Origin: Solirubrobacteraceae bacterium
Lineage (GTDB): Bacteria; Actinomycetota; Thermoleophilia; Solirubrobacterales; Solirubrobacteraceae
Reading direction: 5' to 3'
Length of the DNA stretch: 64,000 nucleotides
Assembly (NCBI GenBank): GCA_025449845.1
Contig: JANWIP010000002.1
Span: forward strand, 21,868 to 85,867
Positions within the stretch are counted from its first letter, which is position 1; every line of letters begins with the position of its first letter. Made by a program: the position numbers and the translations under genes. The notes beneath the pieces were generated by a model. It did not search any database. It saw nothing but the letters and a program-made list of their open reading frames with translations, and was not told where the DNA came from. Below, piece after piece: positions 63,049-64,000 of the stretch.

Positions 63049-64000
63049 CTACTTGCCCTGAAAGCGCGGCGCGCGCTTGCCAAGGAAGGCCGAGATGCCC
63101 TCCTTGCCGTCCTCAGAGCGAAAGACGGTGGCAAACCCCTGCTTCTCGGCCTCGATGCCCTGATCCAGGTCACCAGCACCGGAGACGCGCTTGATCTGCT
63201 GCACCGCCAGCGGCGCCTGCCCGCTGAGCTTGCGCGCCCAGGCGATGGCGGTATCGAGCAGTTCGTGATCGTCGACGACGCGGTTGACGAGCCCGTACTC
63301 ATAGGCCTCCTCGGCAAGCACGGGATCGCCGATGAGGTTCATCTCCAGGGCCTTGTTGGTGCCGACGAGACGCGCCAGGCGCTGGGTGCCGCCGAAGCCG
63401 GGAATGATGCCCAGCTTGATCTCCGGCTGCCCAAAGAGCGCGGAGCGCGCAGCCAGACGCACGTCGCAGGCCATGGCCAGCTCACAGCCACCGCCGAAAG
63501 CAAGCCCGTTGACGGCGGCGATGGTGGCAATCCCCTCACTCTCCATTTCGCGCAGCAAGGAGTGAGCGGCGTTGATGAGCTGCTCGCCACCGGCCTCGTC
63601 CATGGAAATGAAGGCCTTGATGTCTGCTCCGGCCGAGAAGAGGAAGGGGTTGGATGAGGCGATCACCAGGGCCCGCACGCCGGACTGCTTGACGTGCTGG
63701 TAGACCTTGCCAAGGTCCTCGATGACGGACGGGGCGATGGAGTTCATCTGCCCATTGGCGAGCCAGGCGATAGCGACACCATCCGGGCGACTCTCAAGCT
63801 TGATGACGTCACCAGGCTGCTCGGCGTCAGGCTGCGGGTAGGCATAGAAGCCCTGACCGCTCTTCTGCCCAAGGCGCCCCTGCGCGACGAGGCGGCGCAG
63901 GATGGTAGGCGGAGCAAAGCGCTCACCGTGCCGCTCCTGCGCGTTCTCAAGACGCTCCAGAATGGTGTCAAGACCCTCGACGTCGGCCTTCATGAACGGC
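63049..64000 (-). CDS. FadB-like fusion: 3-hydroxyacyl-CoA dehydrogenase C-terminal part plus an enoyl-CoA hydratase domain (5' end runs off the window)
   Basis: [11 protein letters not shown] marks the end of 3HCDH. This is followed by crotonase motifs ([38 protein letters not shown]). The frame stays open to base 64000. Confidence 0.8.
   Translation of the reverse strand, partial: PFMKADVEGLDTILERLENAQERHGERFAPPTILRRLVAQGRLGQKSGQGFYAYPQPDAEQPGDVIKLESRPDGVAIAWLANGQMNSIAPSVIEDLGKVYQHVKQSGVRALVIASSNPFLFSAGADIKAFISMDEAGGEQLINAAHSLLREMESEGIATIAAVNGLAFGGGCELAMACDVRLAARSALFGQPEIKLGIIPGFGGTQRLARLVGTNKALEMNLIGDPVLAEEAYEYGLVNRVVDDHELLDTAIAWARKLSGQAPLAVQQIKRVSGAGDLDQGIEAEKQGFATVFRSEDGKEGISAFLGKRAPRFQGK

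Overview
High-GC (about 65-70%) bacterial chromosome segment. The proteins look actinobacterial, possibly from a deep-branching Rubrobacteria/Thermoleophilia-like lineage, but that guess is low confidence. About 65 protein genes and one tRNA-Thr are supported. Roughly 28.3-57.4 kb is a minus-strand housekeeping backbone: tilS-hpt-ftsH-folP-folB ... folK ... coaX-dus-greA-lysS-clpC-radA-disA-carD-ispD-ispF-cysS-rlmB-sigH-like. Its order closely mirrors the Bacillus tilS...sigH region. Accessory blocks interrupt or flank this backbone: (1) a tandem pair of ECF sigma cassettes followed by a rhomboid protease (8.5-11.7 kb); (2) a PadR / two-ATPase / FtsX-permease / DUF2600 terpene-synthase-like operon and a LuxR-LAL regulator next to tRNA-Thr (12.8-21.3 kb); (3) an ECF sigma fused to a membrane-spanning low-complexity tail, divergent from a secreted Ig-like repeat protein (24.4-28.3 kb); (4) an island with three cupredoxin-domain proteins, a P450 and an MMPL transporter that splits folB from folK (45.2-51.9 kb). 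The most unusual signal is not a gene. At least 13 short tandem arrays (unit 8-47 bp) lie at stop or start codons or in frame inside essential genes. At two GTGA stop/start junctions (xseB/next gene and PHP/ispF) the array forms a frame-preserving mini-ORF. That mini-ORF starts on the upstream stop and ends on the downstream start. Three genes (anti-sigma, carD, GNAT) have conserved N-terminal coding sequence with no ATG/GTG/TTG available, which implies near-cognate starts (CTG/ATT). All functional calls come from motif recognition by eye; no database search was run.
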